DNA of 64,000 nucleotides, from NCBI GenBank assembly GCA_951406725.2, contig OX597830.1:38750001-38814000 (forward strand), read 5' to 3'. Below are positions 13,561 to 29,096 of this stretch, one piece after another (position 1 is the first letter of the stretch; every line of letters starts with the position of its first letter). The notes beneath the pieces are model-generated. The model had not been told where the DNA came from, did no database searches, and saw only the letters and a program-made list of their open reading frames with translations. The DNA comes from Octopus vulgaris. Its lineage: Eukaryota. The translations under genes and the position numbers were made by a program.

Positions 13561-16500
13561 CCTTTCAGAGTCTCACAAATTCTATATTGATTGTATACGT
13601 ACTTGATTATATTTGAAAATACTTTGAATTGGAGAAATTCGATTTATATGCAGAAATCAGAAACCATTTGTAAAATAATTAACACTGTAAACATGTACAA
13701 TAATTAGGGAAAGTAAAATGTTTACTGTTAAGACAAGCTCTGTTGGATTCATTTGAGATAAGATAATAAATATTTGAGCATATATTTATCTTCATATAAT
13801 AATTAAATCCACATAGACACGCACATATGCATACATATATACATTTATACACATACGTACATGCATACAAATATATTTATACATATATACACATACATAT
13901 ATCTATATATCTATATGTATATATATGCGTGTGTTTGTGAGTGTATGCGTGCGTATGTCTGTGTGTGTGTTTAACACAAGAGAAAATGAAATCTAAATTC
14001 CAGGCAGATAACATATGGGCGCTCCGTTAAAAATCTTGACTTGGTTAATAACACCATATCAGGAAACATTTAGAATAACTCAGAATAAACAACTACGTTT
14101 GTATTCCGCCCGGTCGGTCGGGGTTCAAACCTATTAATCTGAAATCCATTATTGTACAAATTCCGATCCAAAAATTGAAACAGTTGGATGAAGCGAACTG
14201 TGATATATAGTATCAAAGATAACTGCCCAGTACATCATATGCGGCGATGGAAATGATATCAAGTAGAAGGAAAAATAAGAAAGCATCGTGGAGATAGTAA
14301 TACAGTCCGATATGCCTAGAATTTCAGTTATATTTAAACTCCTAGTTGCCTCGGTGGGGAGTAGGAGAGTAGTTTAATATAACGTTATTTATAGTCGGAG
14401 CAACTTATTTAGGTCGGAATGATAATAATCATTAATGTTAATTCTAGAGCAATATAATGTAAATGGGCAAAGGTCTGAGCAAAAGACGCGGTGTTGCAGA
14501 GATTTGAAACACTCAGAAAAAAGAAAAAAATGACAACGAAGAAGTTAATTTTAGTGCCCTGGTTTTACGATATACCGCCAATACTGATAAGATATGATAA
14601 TTGAATCAAGTAAAACAGCAAGTGAATTAAATGAATTTGCAAAAAAAAAAAAAAAATCTTAAATCGAGGAGACTATCTCAGTCGTTGAAATTGAGAATTA
14701 GTACATTTTGAAATAAATTTATATAGAATTATTTTGAAAATATTCGATGAGTGTTACGTATGTCTCTCCAATATTAATGAATTAATACTGAAATTACTTA
14801 TTAGGAAAGTATCTAATTTATTTTTTCCGTATGAATGAATACATATTATCGTTAATTCAAAAATTAATAAATCATATTTGGAATTAAGGATATGAGTTAT
14901 TCCTTTCTCTCATCACATAAGATACTTTAGGAATTTGTCTTAGGTACTTAAAAAATTCAGTTGGGCTTCATTCAACCGCATGGAATACACCTTGAAACCA
15001 GTTCTATAAAGACTCCGATCTTTGAAACAAAATTCCGACTACAAGCGATTTAGTATAAATCAGTTAGATACAGAACACCATCACATCTAAGGGCCCTCAG
15101 ACGCTGATAAACAGAAACACGTGTTGGGGTTTTAAGACACTTGTAAAATGAAACGTGCTTCAAAAAAGATGTACAATACGTATTCTTTATTCCTTCTCTT
15201 ATTCGTTGTTTCTCTCTGTTTCCTCTCTCTTCGTATATATATAGTTGATTTATAATTAAACGGGCGTATGTGTATGCGTGCGGTGGGGAGGTAATAATAG
15301 GCAAATGTATTGAATTGGTACATCATTATTGCCGCTGTTTTTCAACAAATTTTTATTCAACCAAAACAATAACGACATGTAGTAAAACATCTTTAAATTA
15401 TTATTCACTATCTACTTCAATTACTGCTTCCCATTTGCTTGGCAGACGGTCAGACCATCATTTACAGGTGTTTTTGTTAAATATTGTTATTGTTTTTGTT
15501 GAATACAGTTTGTTGAGAAAAAAGCCGCACCAACCCAAAAGAATGGTTGCTCCCCCCTCCTTCTCTCAGAAATTTCATAACTGTCTATTTAACCTTTAGT
15601 AAGAGAACCTGTATTTGAACCAGTGAAGGGGCCTCTATCGTAGGTCTCTGCCAGCTTCAAATAATAAAGAGATTTACTATGTAGTCTCAAATGTAATAAA
15701 ATGTGTCTAACGGAAATGTCAAACTAGTTGAAGAATTAGAGTGAACAACTGAACACTAATCGTATTCTAGATATTGTGATGAAAATCATATAATCAAGAG
15801 AAAATGTTTTCTTTTTCCATTCGTTGACTTTCTATTTCTTTCTAAGGGTCTTAAACTTCCTGAGTTAAATATATGAGGGTAAATATTGTTTGTTTGTTTG
15901 TTTTATCTGTATCTATTCCAGTCAGTATGCAATGAAATAAGGCTATATACTGCGAGTGTTTTAATCGATTATAGTACTCTCACAAAATGCTAGGGATCCT
16001 ACAATAGACACAACCTATTAGCTCTCTTTTTTCCTGATTGGATAAAATATAATGAATACTGACAACTTAGAAATTGGTTTATTTGATGAAGTTCCTAAAC
16101 TGAAGTCATAAGTAATTTTAAGAAATCTTATGAGATGAGAACAACTCATGATGAATTCGATAAAATTCTAGTGAATGGTATTTCTTTTATCTACTTTAGT
16201 GCTAAGCTCCTTGTCACGATTAAATGGTACACCATTAAGACCAATTCATTGATATCTTCGTCAACTTAAAATTAGATTAACTTTACAGTGTTACATTGAG
16301 CGATGACAACAAGTGTAAGTGAGATTCTATAAGCGAATAAAAGTTCAAACAGGAAATATAAATACATACAACATTAATAAATTTCGAGACAACAGTGGAA
16401 ATTATTGCTCCCCTGCCGGGTTTTTTAAATGTTATAGCGTAATATTTTCTCGACGTTGTTCACAGAATATCGTCAGAAAATCATCAAGGTCAGGTTTTTC

Positions 16501-17688
16501 TCCCGATCGATATATATTTTGTCTTTGTCAGATCCCTCATTATATAGTGAATATGAATAAGAAATTTTAAATGATTTGTTGTCCGTGTGCAGTTAAAAGA
16601 ATGAAGGCTGAAACCAAAACGCAAGAATCAAGGCTTTTGTAAAGAGACTCAAGATCTTAAGAACAGAAAAAATAAATCCAATTATATAAAGAATGCGATG
16701 TGTATATGTGGTTACTTGCCTTTTAAAAGCAGTAGCTAAATTTAAATCACTCAGTAATCCCTTTATATACAATAGATCAAAAACAAGTATACGCTGCTGC
16801 ATTCATTCCAAAATACTCCAATAGTGGTGTATCGGATAGAATGTCTGTAATCATAGGTCTCCTTAATTTGGTACATCGATGACGGAACACCCAATGAAGG
16901 GATGTTCTAAAACGGCGAGAAAGATTACTTAAAAGAGCATATAATATAAATATAAAAGGCATATTCTTTGCAACAAGTTCCAACAATATGTCAACCTTCG
17001 TAACAATATAATTTTCGCTGATGCTAGGCAACGAAAATATCCAGGCATAGTATTTATTTGGCAACTCAACACTATGCAGATAGGCAATTTTTGTAACAAG
17101 TTTGCCAATCAAGGGACAAGTTTGCCAACTTTAAGACACGTTTGTCAAACCCAAGACACCATTTTTATATAAGAAATCTGTTTACGGCTCTTTACGTTCT
17201 CAATTCAAACTCCACGGGGATTATGTTTGTCTTTCATTCCTCCGGAGTCAATAAAATACCGTATCAGTTAATGCTAATGTCGATATTTCTGATTAACCCC
17301 TCTCGTCAAAATCGCTCACCTCACCACTAAATCAGAAACAATTATAAAGTGTGGGAGAGAAGGGTGTGCATGACAATAGCCTGCGACTCAGTCGACGTTG
17401 GTAAGGATTTACATTTAAGGCCACCAGAGAAACAGGCAATACAAACTCCCAAACTGAAAGCTAAGGGAAGAAGCTAAGGAAAAGTAAATGAGAACAAATG
17501 TTTTAAAAAGTCAAAATCAAACAGTTTTCGAAAATTAACAAACAGATGTCGCGATAGAAAGAGCAGAGATTAAATATCGCGCATTAATTTAGCTGGAAGA
17601 CGCGAAAGGGAAAATTGAAGCAAAGTGAAAATAAACAATGCCAGAGAATCCTTTGTGAAATCTGAATTAAAAGCAAATCACGAAAGTG

Positions 17689-17745
<57 letters not shown>

Positions 17746-17786
17746 ATGTGCGTATGCCTGTGTATTTAAATGCATACATATATACA

Positions 17787-18086
17787 TGGATCAGTGGTTA
17801 GAGCCTGAGGCTCAATGTTCGATTCCCGGACCGGCCTGTGTTGCGTTCCTGAGCAAGACACTTTATTTCTCATGCTCCAGTTCACGTTCACTCGGCTGTA
17901 GAAAAGAGTTGCAGCGTTACTGGTGCCAAGCTGCATCGGCCTTTCTCTCCAGGATAACATCGGTGGTGTTTAGGGGTTTAGAGGGGAGGCTGCTATGCAT
18001 GGGTGACTGCTGTCCTTCCGTAAACAAACTATCTCGGACTTGTACTTCGAACGTAACTTTCCAGGTGCAATCCCATGATCTTTACC
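17787..18086 (+). mobile_element. SINE family C
   Basis: CAGTGGTTAGAG, GTTCGATTCCCGG, CCTGAGCAAGACACTTTATTTC; sits between (GT)n and (TA)n tracts. Confidence 0.75.
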
Positions 18087-18264
18087 GTATATATATATAT
18101 ATATATATTATATAAAAGGGCTTAGTAAAATAAATTACTTTGCCACATACTTATTTTATAAGCCCTTTTATATAATGTAATAATTTGAATTCGCCTTAAA
18201 TGGTATTTATATACTGAACACTTGGTGAAATTGATTAATAATTAATTAATTAATATATACCCTC

Positions 18265-18320
<56 letters not shown>

Positions 18321-18974
18321 TAATACTAAAACCGGAGGCTAGTATAACTTGCTAATATTTTATATTGACTGTTTTGGTGGAGAGGTACTGTCAAGTAATT
18401 CCGAGAATATTCATAAATACGATTAATTCGATAGCTATACCCACAGGGTACTGTGCCACATATCGGAATGAAAAACGGTTACGGAACATAAACATGTAAC
18501 AAAAATGTAACAGATACGATCTAACCAGAAGCAGCGAGAAAAGCTCGAGGAGCACCACAAAGTAATTGACACAAACTTTCTCTGTATAATGAAGAGAGCT
18601 TACTGACAAGAATTTATAAAAGAGTTTGAGATGTCAAAACCCTTATAGTCTATAATGTTTTACTCGCTACAAAGAATACACATATCTTTTACGCCATACA
18701 AACAAGATATGTTAAACTACCTAAAATCTATGTCATTGCTGCAAGACGTACAGCACATAGGAAATACAATCACCGAGTAAGGAAATAACATTGCATACGT
18801 TGCAAATATTTTATTTCACAAACTGTCAAAACACAAAGAAAACCCGCAAGGAAAAATAAAACTACTTTTAAAACAAGAAACCAGGAATGTAACAAGAAAT
18901 ACAATACTGCAACAACAAATCACATATATACACGCACCCTGGAGACATTTATTTGAAAAGTGAAAGGAAAATTA

Positions 18975-19440
18975 GAATGATGATAATGGTGGCAATAGCG
19001 TTGGTGTTGGTGTTGGTGGTGTTTGTGGTGATGGTAGTGTTGGTTGTAGTGGTGTTGGTGGTTGCTGTGGTGACATTGAGGTTGTTGAGGTTGGGTTGTG
19101 ACTGTCATGATGATGGTGGGGATGATAATGGTGATAACGGTGATAGTGGCGATGCCGTTGCCTTTGTTGTTGGTGGTGATGCTGGGTGTGGTGGTGGTGG
19201 TAGTGGTGGTGGTGGTGGTGGTGTTAAAGTTGGGTTGTAGCAGGATTTTTATCTGATACATGCAAGCATGAAAATGTGGACGTTAAACGATGATGATGAT
19301 GATGATGATGATACTGAACACGATGATGAAGATGATGATGAACACGGTGATGATGAAGATGATGATGACGATGATGATGATGATGATGATGATGACGACA
19401 ACGACGACGACGACGATGATGACGATGACGAAGATAATCG
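18975..19440. repeat. Degenerate (GGT)n and (GAT)n tracts
   Basis: Direct reading. Confidence 0.92.
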
Positions 19441-19929
19441 TGATCACGCTCATATTAACCACTACCAACAGCATCATACTGATATGATGTAAAAGGTACT
19501 CTCAATGACGGCAATAGTCGTGAAACGATTACAACTGCTTTTTCAGAATATTTGACGTAATTCGCCGGTGTTAAAAGAAAGATTACTGTTTTAGATTTTA
19601 CATGACATACATTTCCATCAATGATTTTCCGTCTCAATATGTAATTGTTTAAAGTTGCAGTTTCAGCGTTTATTGAAATAGTTATGGGTGAAACAACTTC
19701 AGCGTATATGTAAATACTTTAAGCAAAATATGTTTACTTAAATCAACTTTTATAGATTAACATAAGTATGAAATTAACTCGACGCAAAATGGTGGGAAAC
19801 GCCGTTAGCATCCTCTGCAACGATAGAATTTAGACAATAAATTGGCAGTTTTATTTTAATAATGTCATTTTCGAAATGACACGTACATACAAACATACAC
19901 ACACACACACACATATGTGTATATGCATT

Positions 19930-20171
19930 CTCTTACTCTCTTATTTGTTTCAGTCATGTGACTGCGATCATGCTGGAGCACCGCCTTTAGTCGAACAAAT
20001 CGGACCCAGGGCTTATTCTCTGTAAACCTAGTACTTATTCTATCGGTCTTTTTTGCCGAACTCTTAAGTTACAGGGACGCAAACACACCAACATCAGTTG
20101 TCAAGTGATGGTAGGGGGACAAACACAGATACACAAGCATATACATATACACACGCGCGCGCGCCACCCCC

Positions 20172-20214
<43 letters not shown>

Positions 20215-20365
20215 ATTGGGCTTCTTTCAGTTTCTGTCTACCAAATCCACTTGCAGGGCTTTGGTCGGCCCGAGGATATAATAAAAGACACTTGCCGAAG
20301 GGACTGAAACAGAAACCATGTGGTTGGTAAGCGAGCTATTTATCACACAGCCACTCCTGCGCCTG
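19930..20365. mobile_element. Interspersed repeat followed by a minus-strand tRNA-derived SINE
   Basis: 20215-20365 reads on the minus strand as AGGCGCAGGAGTGGCTGTGTG head then GGCAAGTGTCTTTTATTATA core; a related copy lies at about 31680-31815. Confidence 0.6.
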
Positions 20366-20375
20366 TATATATGTG

Positions 20376-20428
<53 letters not shown>

Positions 20429-20749
20429 GTTTTTGTGTCTACATATATATTTCTATGAGTTTGATTGTGTGTGCGTGGGTGTAACGTAATTAGGAGGTGC
20501 AATCAGAACCGACTGAATCTATTATAAAATGTAGTAAAGTGGGCGACAACATGGGCAAAGGCACCCAATATAAATATGTAATTAATCATTTATATGAATC
20601 TCTGCTATTGTTCTTATGTTTTTATACAATCCTCTGGTCTTCGAATTCGGCAACGTGAATTTGGCAACATGAATGGGTATAGTTTTTTTCTTGTAGTTAT
20701 GTAATCTCTATAATAAGAAATCGAGCAAATAATAAATAATATCCACTAT

Positions 20750-21030
20750 GGGGAAGGACATAGCCTAGGTGGAGCAGCGGACTTGCGATCGAGGGATCGC
20801 GTGTTCGAATCTCAGACCGGGCGATGTGTGTTTTTTATGAGCGAAACCCCAAGCTCCCCGCCGTCCCGGCAGAATATAACAGCGAACTTCTGCTGACCTT
20901 TTCGTCACAGTTATCTCTCACTCTTTCCTCCCGTATCTAGCAGCGTACCTGCGAGCACCTGCGGCCCTTATGAGCCAGGCATGCCTTGAAAAACAACAAA
21001 CCACAAAATCAATCATGCGCTCTGAACAAC
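20750..21030 (+). mobile_element. SINE family B, diverged
   Basis: TAGCCTAGGTGG A box, GTTCGAATCTC B box, GAGCGAAACCCCAAGCTCC body as at 3584. Confidence 0.75.
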
Positions 21031-21065
21031 AAGTTTACAGAATACGTAATGAATTGATAAGGTTC

Positions 21066-21097
21066 CACACACACACACACACACACATGCACCCCCC

Positions 21098-21132
<35 letters not shown>

Positions 21133-21188
21133 AACGTTCCACACACACACACTCACACACATATACACACATACATATATATATATAT

Positions 21189-21259
<71 letters not shown>

Positions 21260-21265
21260 CATAGA
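21066..21265. repeat. (CA)n, (TA)n and (GATA)n microsatellites
   Basis: Direct reading. Confidence 0.95.
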
Positions 21266-21769
21266 TAAATGCGTGTGTGTTTCTCTCAGCTCCCAGTATA
21301 TCATCTTAAAAAGGAAAATGAAATAGTGTGTTAGGTGATATACACTTACATGCTAATAAAGGATGGAATAGAAACAGCTAAACGTTCTTTGAGTGTAGGT
21401 TCCTTTGGTTTTAAGTGGGGGAGAGCAAGTGCCCAATTCCCCCCAAACTACATGAAATTAAATTCATATAACCATCTGTGTGAAAATTGTAACTCAATAA
21501 CAACGCCCTCAGATAAATAATTACAAATAAATTAAATACAAATAATAAAAAGAACAAATACATTAGCAAATTTAATAGAGGAAGTGGAAGTAGTGAGTGA
21601 ACACAAAGCCTGTAGCAAACTGTAGAAGATATCCCTAAAATAACATTACTACACGGGAACAGAATAAAATTCTACATGTAAGTAAAACAATACAATAATT
21701 TGTTTAGAATTACCACGAAAATATTTGCTAGTGCACATCATTCTGTAATGAGCGTAGGCCTGCTCTCCC

Positions 21770-22447
21770 GGTTTCTCAAGCTTATATTTTCCTTCCTGGA
21801 CGGAACATCTGTCTGCCGCAGGAGTACTCATTTATATTAACTAAGAGTATTAGAGCAACGTAATAGGAAGTGTTTTATTCAAGAGCACAATACATCGCCC
21901 GGTCCAGGCATCGAGACCACAATCTTAAGATCATAAGACCAACAACTCTAACCGCGAATCCATGCGCTTTCACACCACAAAGTAATACCTCTAACAAATT
22001 TATTTATTATATTGTTTTCAAATTTTGGCACAGCACCAGCAATTTGGACGCCGTGGCTAGGTCGATCACGTCAATTCCAATGCTCAGCTGGGACCTCTTT
22101 TTTGAACCCCGAAAGAATTAAACGCAAAGTCGACCTCGGTGGAATTTGAACCTGTAACGAGCGTAGGGCTGGTCGCTAAGCATTTTGCCCGGTGCGGAAA
22201 CGATTCTGCAAGCCTGTAAACTTCATTCAACTGAAGGTATTAATATAATATTTTTGGACGAGACCAACAGTTCCTAGGAGGGGACAAGTCGATTACATCG
22301 AGACCATTGCTCATCTGGTACATATCTTAATGAGCCCCAAAAGGATGGACGGCAAAGTCGACCTCGTCAGAATTTGAACTCAGAATGTAAAGACGGACGA
22401 AATACCGCAAAATGGTCGGCGTGCCAAAGATTCTCTAAGTTCGCCAC
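21770..22447 (-). mobile_element. Cluster of diverged SINEs (family C about 21770-21970; family A about 22050-22210 and 22285-22447)
   Basis: GCAAAGTCGACCTCG..GAATTTGAAC motif occurs twice; reverse tRNA head at about 21900-21970. Confidence 0.75.
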
Positions 22448-25400
22448 CTTAATTCCAACTTTAGATATTGCAAAAATATTTAAATACTTTGTCCTTAAAG
22501 GAAGAATAATATTTGCATTTCGGCGTCAGTTATCTAGAAGCACAGGAATAATGGAGACTAGATATGTGTTTTGTCCAGATACATCTTTGAGTACCTAAAA
22601 TATAATGGAAACACCTGATTAATTGGACGATACATTGACTTCTCTGAAGATATCTTTCTAAGATTTTAAACGCAAAATCTCTGGAATTCAGCATAATCAT
22701 TTCAGATAATTACGGTCGGTAAATATGGCGCTTGTATTTTACCAACTATAAATATCGTGATACAGAATAGTAATCTTTAGTTTGTAGACAACAATCTGTT
22801 GTCGTAATGTGATTTTAATGAGATAACTCTGAGACAGTGATGTTCAATATTGTACAATACACACAACATTACTTTATAGGAAACATTTGGGAAGTGTTGT
22901 AATACATTTGAAATTATCTGAAAAATACCAGAGATTCGTGTTCACGAGGAGGAAAATGTAGTTAAAAAAACATCAGTTATATACGTAAGATTAATAGACA
23001 CATGATCTGCACATGATGTTGGTAGAATATCAGCTATTCAATAAATATATAAGTAATCGTTATTTAATTTTTGTATCGGCAATTCCGTGTATCTGATCTG
23101 CAAATATGCTTCTAAAGAGAAATCTATCTTATAAAGTTTTAAGCTTTTCTGACTTTATCACGTCATCAGGAAGTGCGCTAAATATGCATGTTGATATTAA
23201 AAAGTGTGTTAAATAATATTAAAATGTGTGTTATATAATTTCTAAATACAAAACTTAACTATTTCAATTCTACGAAATATACCTGTTATTAATTTAGTCA
23301 GGGTATCCATAAAGAAACACACTGTTTTCCCCGCACAGTTTATGTCTCATTAGATTCATCAACCTTGTGCTGCAATGTTTCAGACGATACAGTGGTATAT
23401 AAGGAAAACTTATCTGTCATTTTTAATGGGCAGTGTAATCATCCACAGTTTTGTTGTTATTTCGTACATTCCTCACCTTCAATTATGCTGAAATTACAAT
23501 GACCATTATCACAGAAATATCAAACCACTCAGTCTTATATGGTTTCTAATTACTGAAACCAAATGATGACTCCTCTTCAGAACAAAAGTATGCTTCAGTT
23601 TTGACGTGTTCTTTTTATTATTCTGATACTATACACAACTTATCTAAGCCACACTTTCATGTCATACTACTGCTACTATACATACAAACATCTTGAAATG
23701 ACGTCAAAATGTAGGATATTTAATTTAACAATAAATATCTAATCAACACATGGCTTTAAACAATATCTCACTCATGTCCATATATGCTTGTCACTCTACA
23801 TCGTTAGGTTCTCCTATACAATTACTACATTTATGATCCCTTACAAGATACAATCTTCTGAAATAATTCTTCACTTCCCTTTCCCAAGAACCTATATGAA
23901 ACAATTTTTACACTACTTCCTGCTTACAAATATTTTCCGTTACAATTTCCCCCACTTCGTACTTTCCCCATAGTCATTGACCTAAAAATATCCAAGTTCC
24001 TAACATTAAATCAATAAGCCTCACAGAACCTGTAAACCTCCTACGCATTTCCTTACATCTTTTTGTAAGTAAGACTATCGAATCTAATTTTAAAGTTTTT
24101 ATCAACATTAAAAACAATATATCTATGTACCAGATGAATAGTTTATCAAGGCATATCGCCTTATTCACTTCACTTAGTAAATCTGAAAATAGCGATGGGT
24201 ATGTAGTTGATTCCCTGCAGTGTATCAAATCTGCATAAAAAAACTGCATACCCATCATCAAATAACATCTACTGTATTGGATATACCAATTATACTAATT
24301 CAGTGCTATACCCTATACGGATATTTCGTTTATTATATGTAATCCTATCGTAACCAGTAAACCATTTGAAAAAATATGTAAGTTTTTAATGATACGACGC
24401 TGCGATAGATGTATTAGTACACTAGCGCAAATAAGTTCCTATGCTGATCCCCGAAGCATCTGACTAGTATCTACCGGAATTAATAGCATATCGGTTTGCT
24501 CACATACGGTGCTATGGTTTGAGACAAGAAGTATACAATCGATAGTAACAAGTTTAAGAACCAGCAACCAAAACCTGAGTTATATTTGAATGCTTCATAC
24601 AAATTGCGTAACACTGTTGACGCCGTATTTTGATTTATATTTGAATGGATGAGAGTTGCTTCACCTTGGTCATAATACAGAACTGCTGTTTGTAATGATT
24701 TTCTTGTATACAGAGACCGCTAGCACTGTTTTTTTTTTTCGGTGGGAGATACATTTCTAGGAATATCATAAATATTCTCCACTGTTCTGCACAACTTAAG
24801 TTACCCTTTCTTGATTTTCCTAATCTGCAAACTAATCTAAAGGTTGAACTCCACACCAAAGAGTTTCGTAAAGCATTTCTTACGACAAATTTATCGATCT
24901 GACAATCGTTCAGGAAGTCGACATATTAAGGGACAGAATTCGCTTCAAAATTACAATACATCTAATGTCAAAAACTAAATTTGTTCACACTGTCCTTTAT
25001 TCATTTTTTGGCAATGTTTCATGCAAAACGGATTTAACTTCCACGATAGTAGCTACCTCCATCCCACACAGTTTTCTCCGAAGATTTTTTATACTTTCCG
25101 CTCGGTCTGAGAGAAGGTTCTGCGGAATCCTATTTCATTAAAATCCAAAACTGTGCCAATTATTCATTATGGCAATCAGAATATCATTAACGTCGATAAA
25201 TCCTAACCCACCTCCACGATTGCCCCACGAACTTCTGAAATTAATGACAGTATTTCAGTAGCGGAACAAATACACGGCAGAAAGGATCCAAACAGTCTAC
25301 TGCCCATTAATTTTATACATAAATCCGAAATAATATATTGGTCTATAAGTCAGTAGGAAACTATAGTAAACGGCAATTAATCACCGTATTATGTTTTGCA

Positions 25401-26097
25401 GTTTTACAGCAACATAATGATATAATAACGCTGATGGTATTTTCACTTATATAACATCATAAAAACAATAATGGTAATTTTCTTCCAAATAATCTCGGGA
25501 AAAATCTTAGATGCCGTATCCAGTTGCATCATTAATGATGTGTGTAAAAATATGTCACTTGCACAAGCTAATACAGTCTTCCTCAACTTAAGACACCAGA
25601 TACTTTTACATTTTATAAACTTAACTTGAGCTGTCGAGCAAAAGCTGTTTTCATTGAGAAAATACTAAGTTAATATTCTCATGAGAGTACCTGAGTACAT
25701 CTTGTTTATTAAACATGAGGGCTTGGATTTAATGTTTATGTTCAGCAACTAGAAAATAAATCTGCTTTATTCAGTTTCAGCATTATTTACACTTTAATAT
25801 AGAAGTACAAAATTTACCTCGTTCTAAGTTGAGTGGTTTCGTTTGCTCAAAACCCAATGTGATCATCAGAAGGTGTTTACATCTTGACGATTTAATTTTA
25901 TCCTCTAATCGGACTTGGGATACTAAAATTTTACGCACTAAATTTCATTAAGGAGTTTAGGACACAATTAGAACAGCATTCATTTCGTTGTAACACAAAG
26001 TGATGACTAGATATTTCCGTTATTTGCGGATCATGGAAGAACTGTGCAAGTTAGATTTTGTAATCACTATATTGCTACATACAATCTTTCTCTAAAC

Positions 26098-26406
26098 CAT
26101 AGGTTCTCAAAATGAGCACTACGTGGTGGCCATTGAGAGGGTCCAGGTGGGCGCTGGTGTCTAAGGGGACCGTAGAGAAAAAGGAGGCATTGGGAGAAAA
26201 GTAGTGGTTTGGGGGTCGCTTCTGAATTTATATTATTATAATAGTGTACACAAATTATGTAACATTATATTAAATATCAAATGATTCATAGTATATATAA
26301 ATTAATAAAATATAAATTTTCTATTATACATAAAAATAGAGGTGGGGCGTTGAGGGTGTTATGTGGCCATGAGAGGTCGTTGGCCCAAAAAGTTTGAGAA
26401 CCCCTA
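26098..26406. mobile_element. hAT (Charlie-like) MITE
   Basis: 14-bp imperfect TIR CATAGGTTCTCAAA / TTTGAGAACCCCTA; 8-bp TSD CTCTAAAC / CTCTAAAT. Confidence 0.85.
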
Positions 26407-27172
26407 CTCTAAATTTTAAAAATGACCTCCCTATGTGTAAATTCATGTAGCTTTGTCAATGATGTGAAAAGGAAAAGAACAAAAGCCACAATACATACGG
26501 CATTATGCTCATTTTAATAAAGATGTTATCTCCAATGTTTGTATATATATATATATTTTGCTAAGAAATATATTTGTCAAATCATACGTTCGTCTATAAA
26601 AACATATTTTTATTTTGAGTTAACACAACAGAAGAGATATTATATTAAAAGAAAAACTATGCCACCTGGTAATCGTCAGACAAATCTTTACTGGAGCTTG
26701 TAATATATTTATAACTCTAAATAGGTACAGATTCAATTTAATATCACTTTATCTTTTCCGAAAAGCCGTCTTTTACACAAAATGGCAGTAGTTTGAAACT
26801 CTGCTGATATGAGTTCGTAGCTAATTCCGATAAAATGTTCCAAACTATTCTTGTCTGTTGTAAATGCAAACGTAAATTTGGTAACGTTTTAAAAGTTTTA
26901 AAAGTTTGTCCAATTAGATGTAAAGAAATGTGTTTTAATCGATGATTCCACTTTCGCCCGAAATAAATTAATTATTGCAGATGTCTACATAACACATAAC
27001 ATCTTGCCAAAAACGATAACAAATCTGTGTTAATTTATACCTATCAGTTTATCTCGACAGACTTTAGCAATGAATTATATCCCTAAACGCTTGTCTTTCG
27101 AACTTTCATCGAAAAATGATTAATTACAGGAAGTGTTGGTGTCATATATGTATAGATATGTGTGTACGGGAA

Positions 27173-27338
27173 AGCGGGGAGCTGGCAGAAACGTTAGCAC
27201 CCCGGGCGAAATGATTAGTGGTATTCCGTCTGCCGCTACGTTCTGAGTTCAAATTCTGCCAAGGTCGACTTTGCCTTTCATCCTTTCGGGGTCGATAAAT
27301 TAAACACCAGTTACGCACTGGGGTCGATATAATCGATT
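27173..27338 (+). mobile_element. SINE family A (3'-truncated)
   Basis: Close match to 53806 up to GGGGTCGATATAATCGA. Confidence 0.9.
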
Positions 27339-28206
27339 CTGAAATATAAGGCCTTTTCAGGCAACTACGAATTGTGACAATCCAGCCTTTGGTAAAATCT
27401 TCGTGCCTGCACTTACATGGTGAGACCGGATTTCCTTTTTCTAAATATGCTTCCGAGAGCTCCATGTCTGAACTTGTACTTGGAAAATAAATAGAGACAT
27501 GTTAAATAAAGTTTATGATGATTAATGATTGTACACAGGAGTCCGCTCTCTAAATAACTGAAGCAAGTTTACCTAAACGCTGACACGGCTAAATAAATAC
27601 GCAATCACGAAGGTTTAAATAGAGGATTGAACTCTGAAAGTTAAACTTCACTTAGTTAACATAGAAGTTTAAATTTCCGACTTGTATTCAAATAAAAACA
27701 AAAATAACTAAACCAGGTGACTCAGCAAATGTACTCAGCAAATAAAAAAAAAACCTTTGCACCTCTTTACATTATTTTGAGCAAACTTTACAAAGAACAT
27801 AGTGGTTTTAAAAACCTAAATATTCACACCTGGCTAGACAGTTTTAAATGACATTAAATTCTGAACAATTACACATCTGCAAACTTAATCCATGAAAATA
27901 CACTTAAAGACTTCATAACAACATACTCCGTAGCATTCTTATTGTTCGAAACAGCTCTGCTTACTCCCAGAAAATTTAAAGCTTATCCGAGACTATATAA
28001 AGCCAAGATGAACACAAATGAACAACCGTACAGTGATAGTGTAGCTGGTCGAAAGTCACTGTCAATACTTTTCTTGTTCAAGAGTAAAACTTTTCTGGTC
28101 TATATCAAGTAGAAAGCAGTCCTTCAATTTAATACAAAATCCTTTTCATCACAACACAAAAATAAACTTGCATATAAATATGTATATATATATAAGTACA
28201 CACACA

Positions 28207-28253
<47 letters not shown>

Positions 28254-28269
28254 TTATATATATATATAA

Positions 28270-29096
<827 letters not shown>

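Noticed and set aside
16593-17112. Minus-strand ORFs with a faint Helitron Rep-like AYLHSVE
   Set aside because: The RGLPH.H motif is absent; similarity too weak to call.
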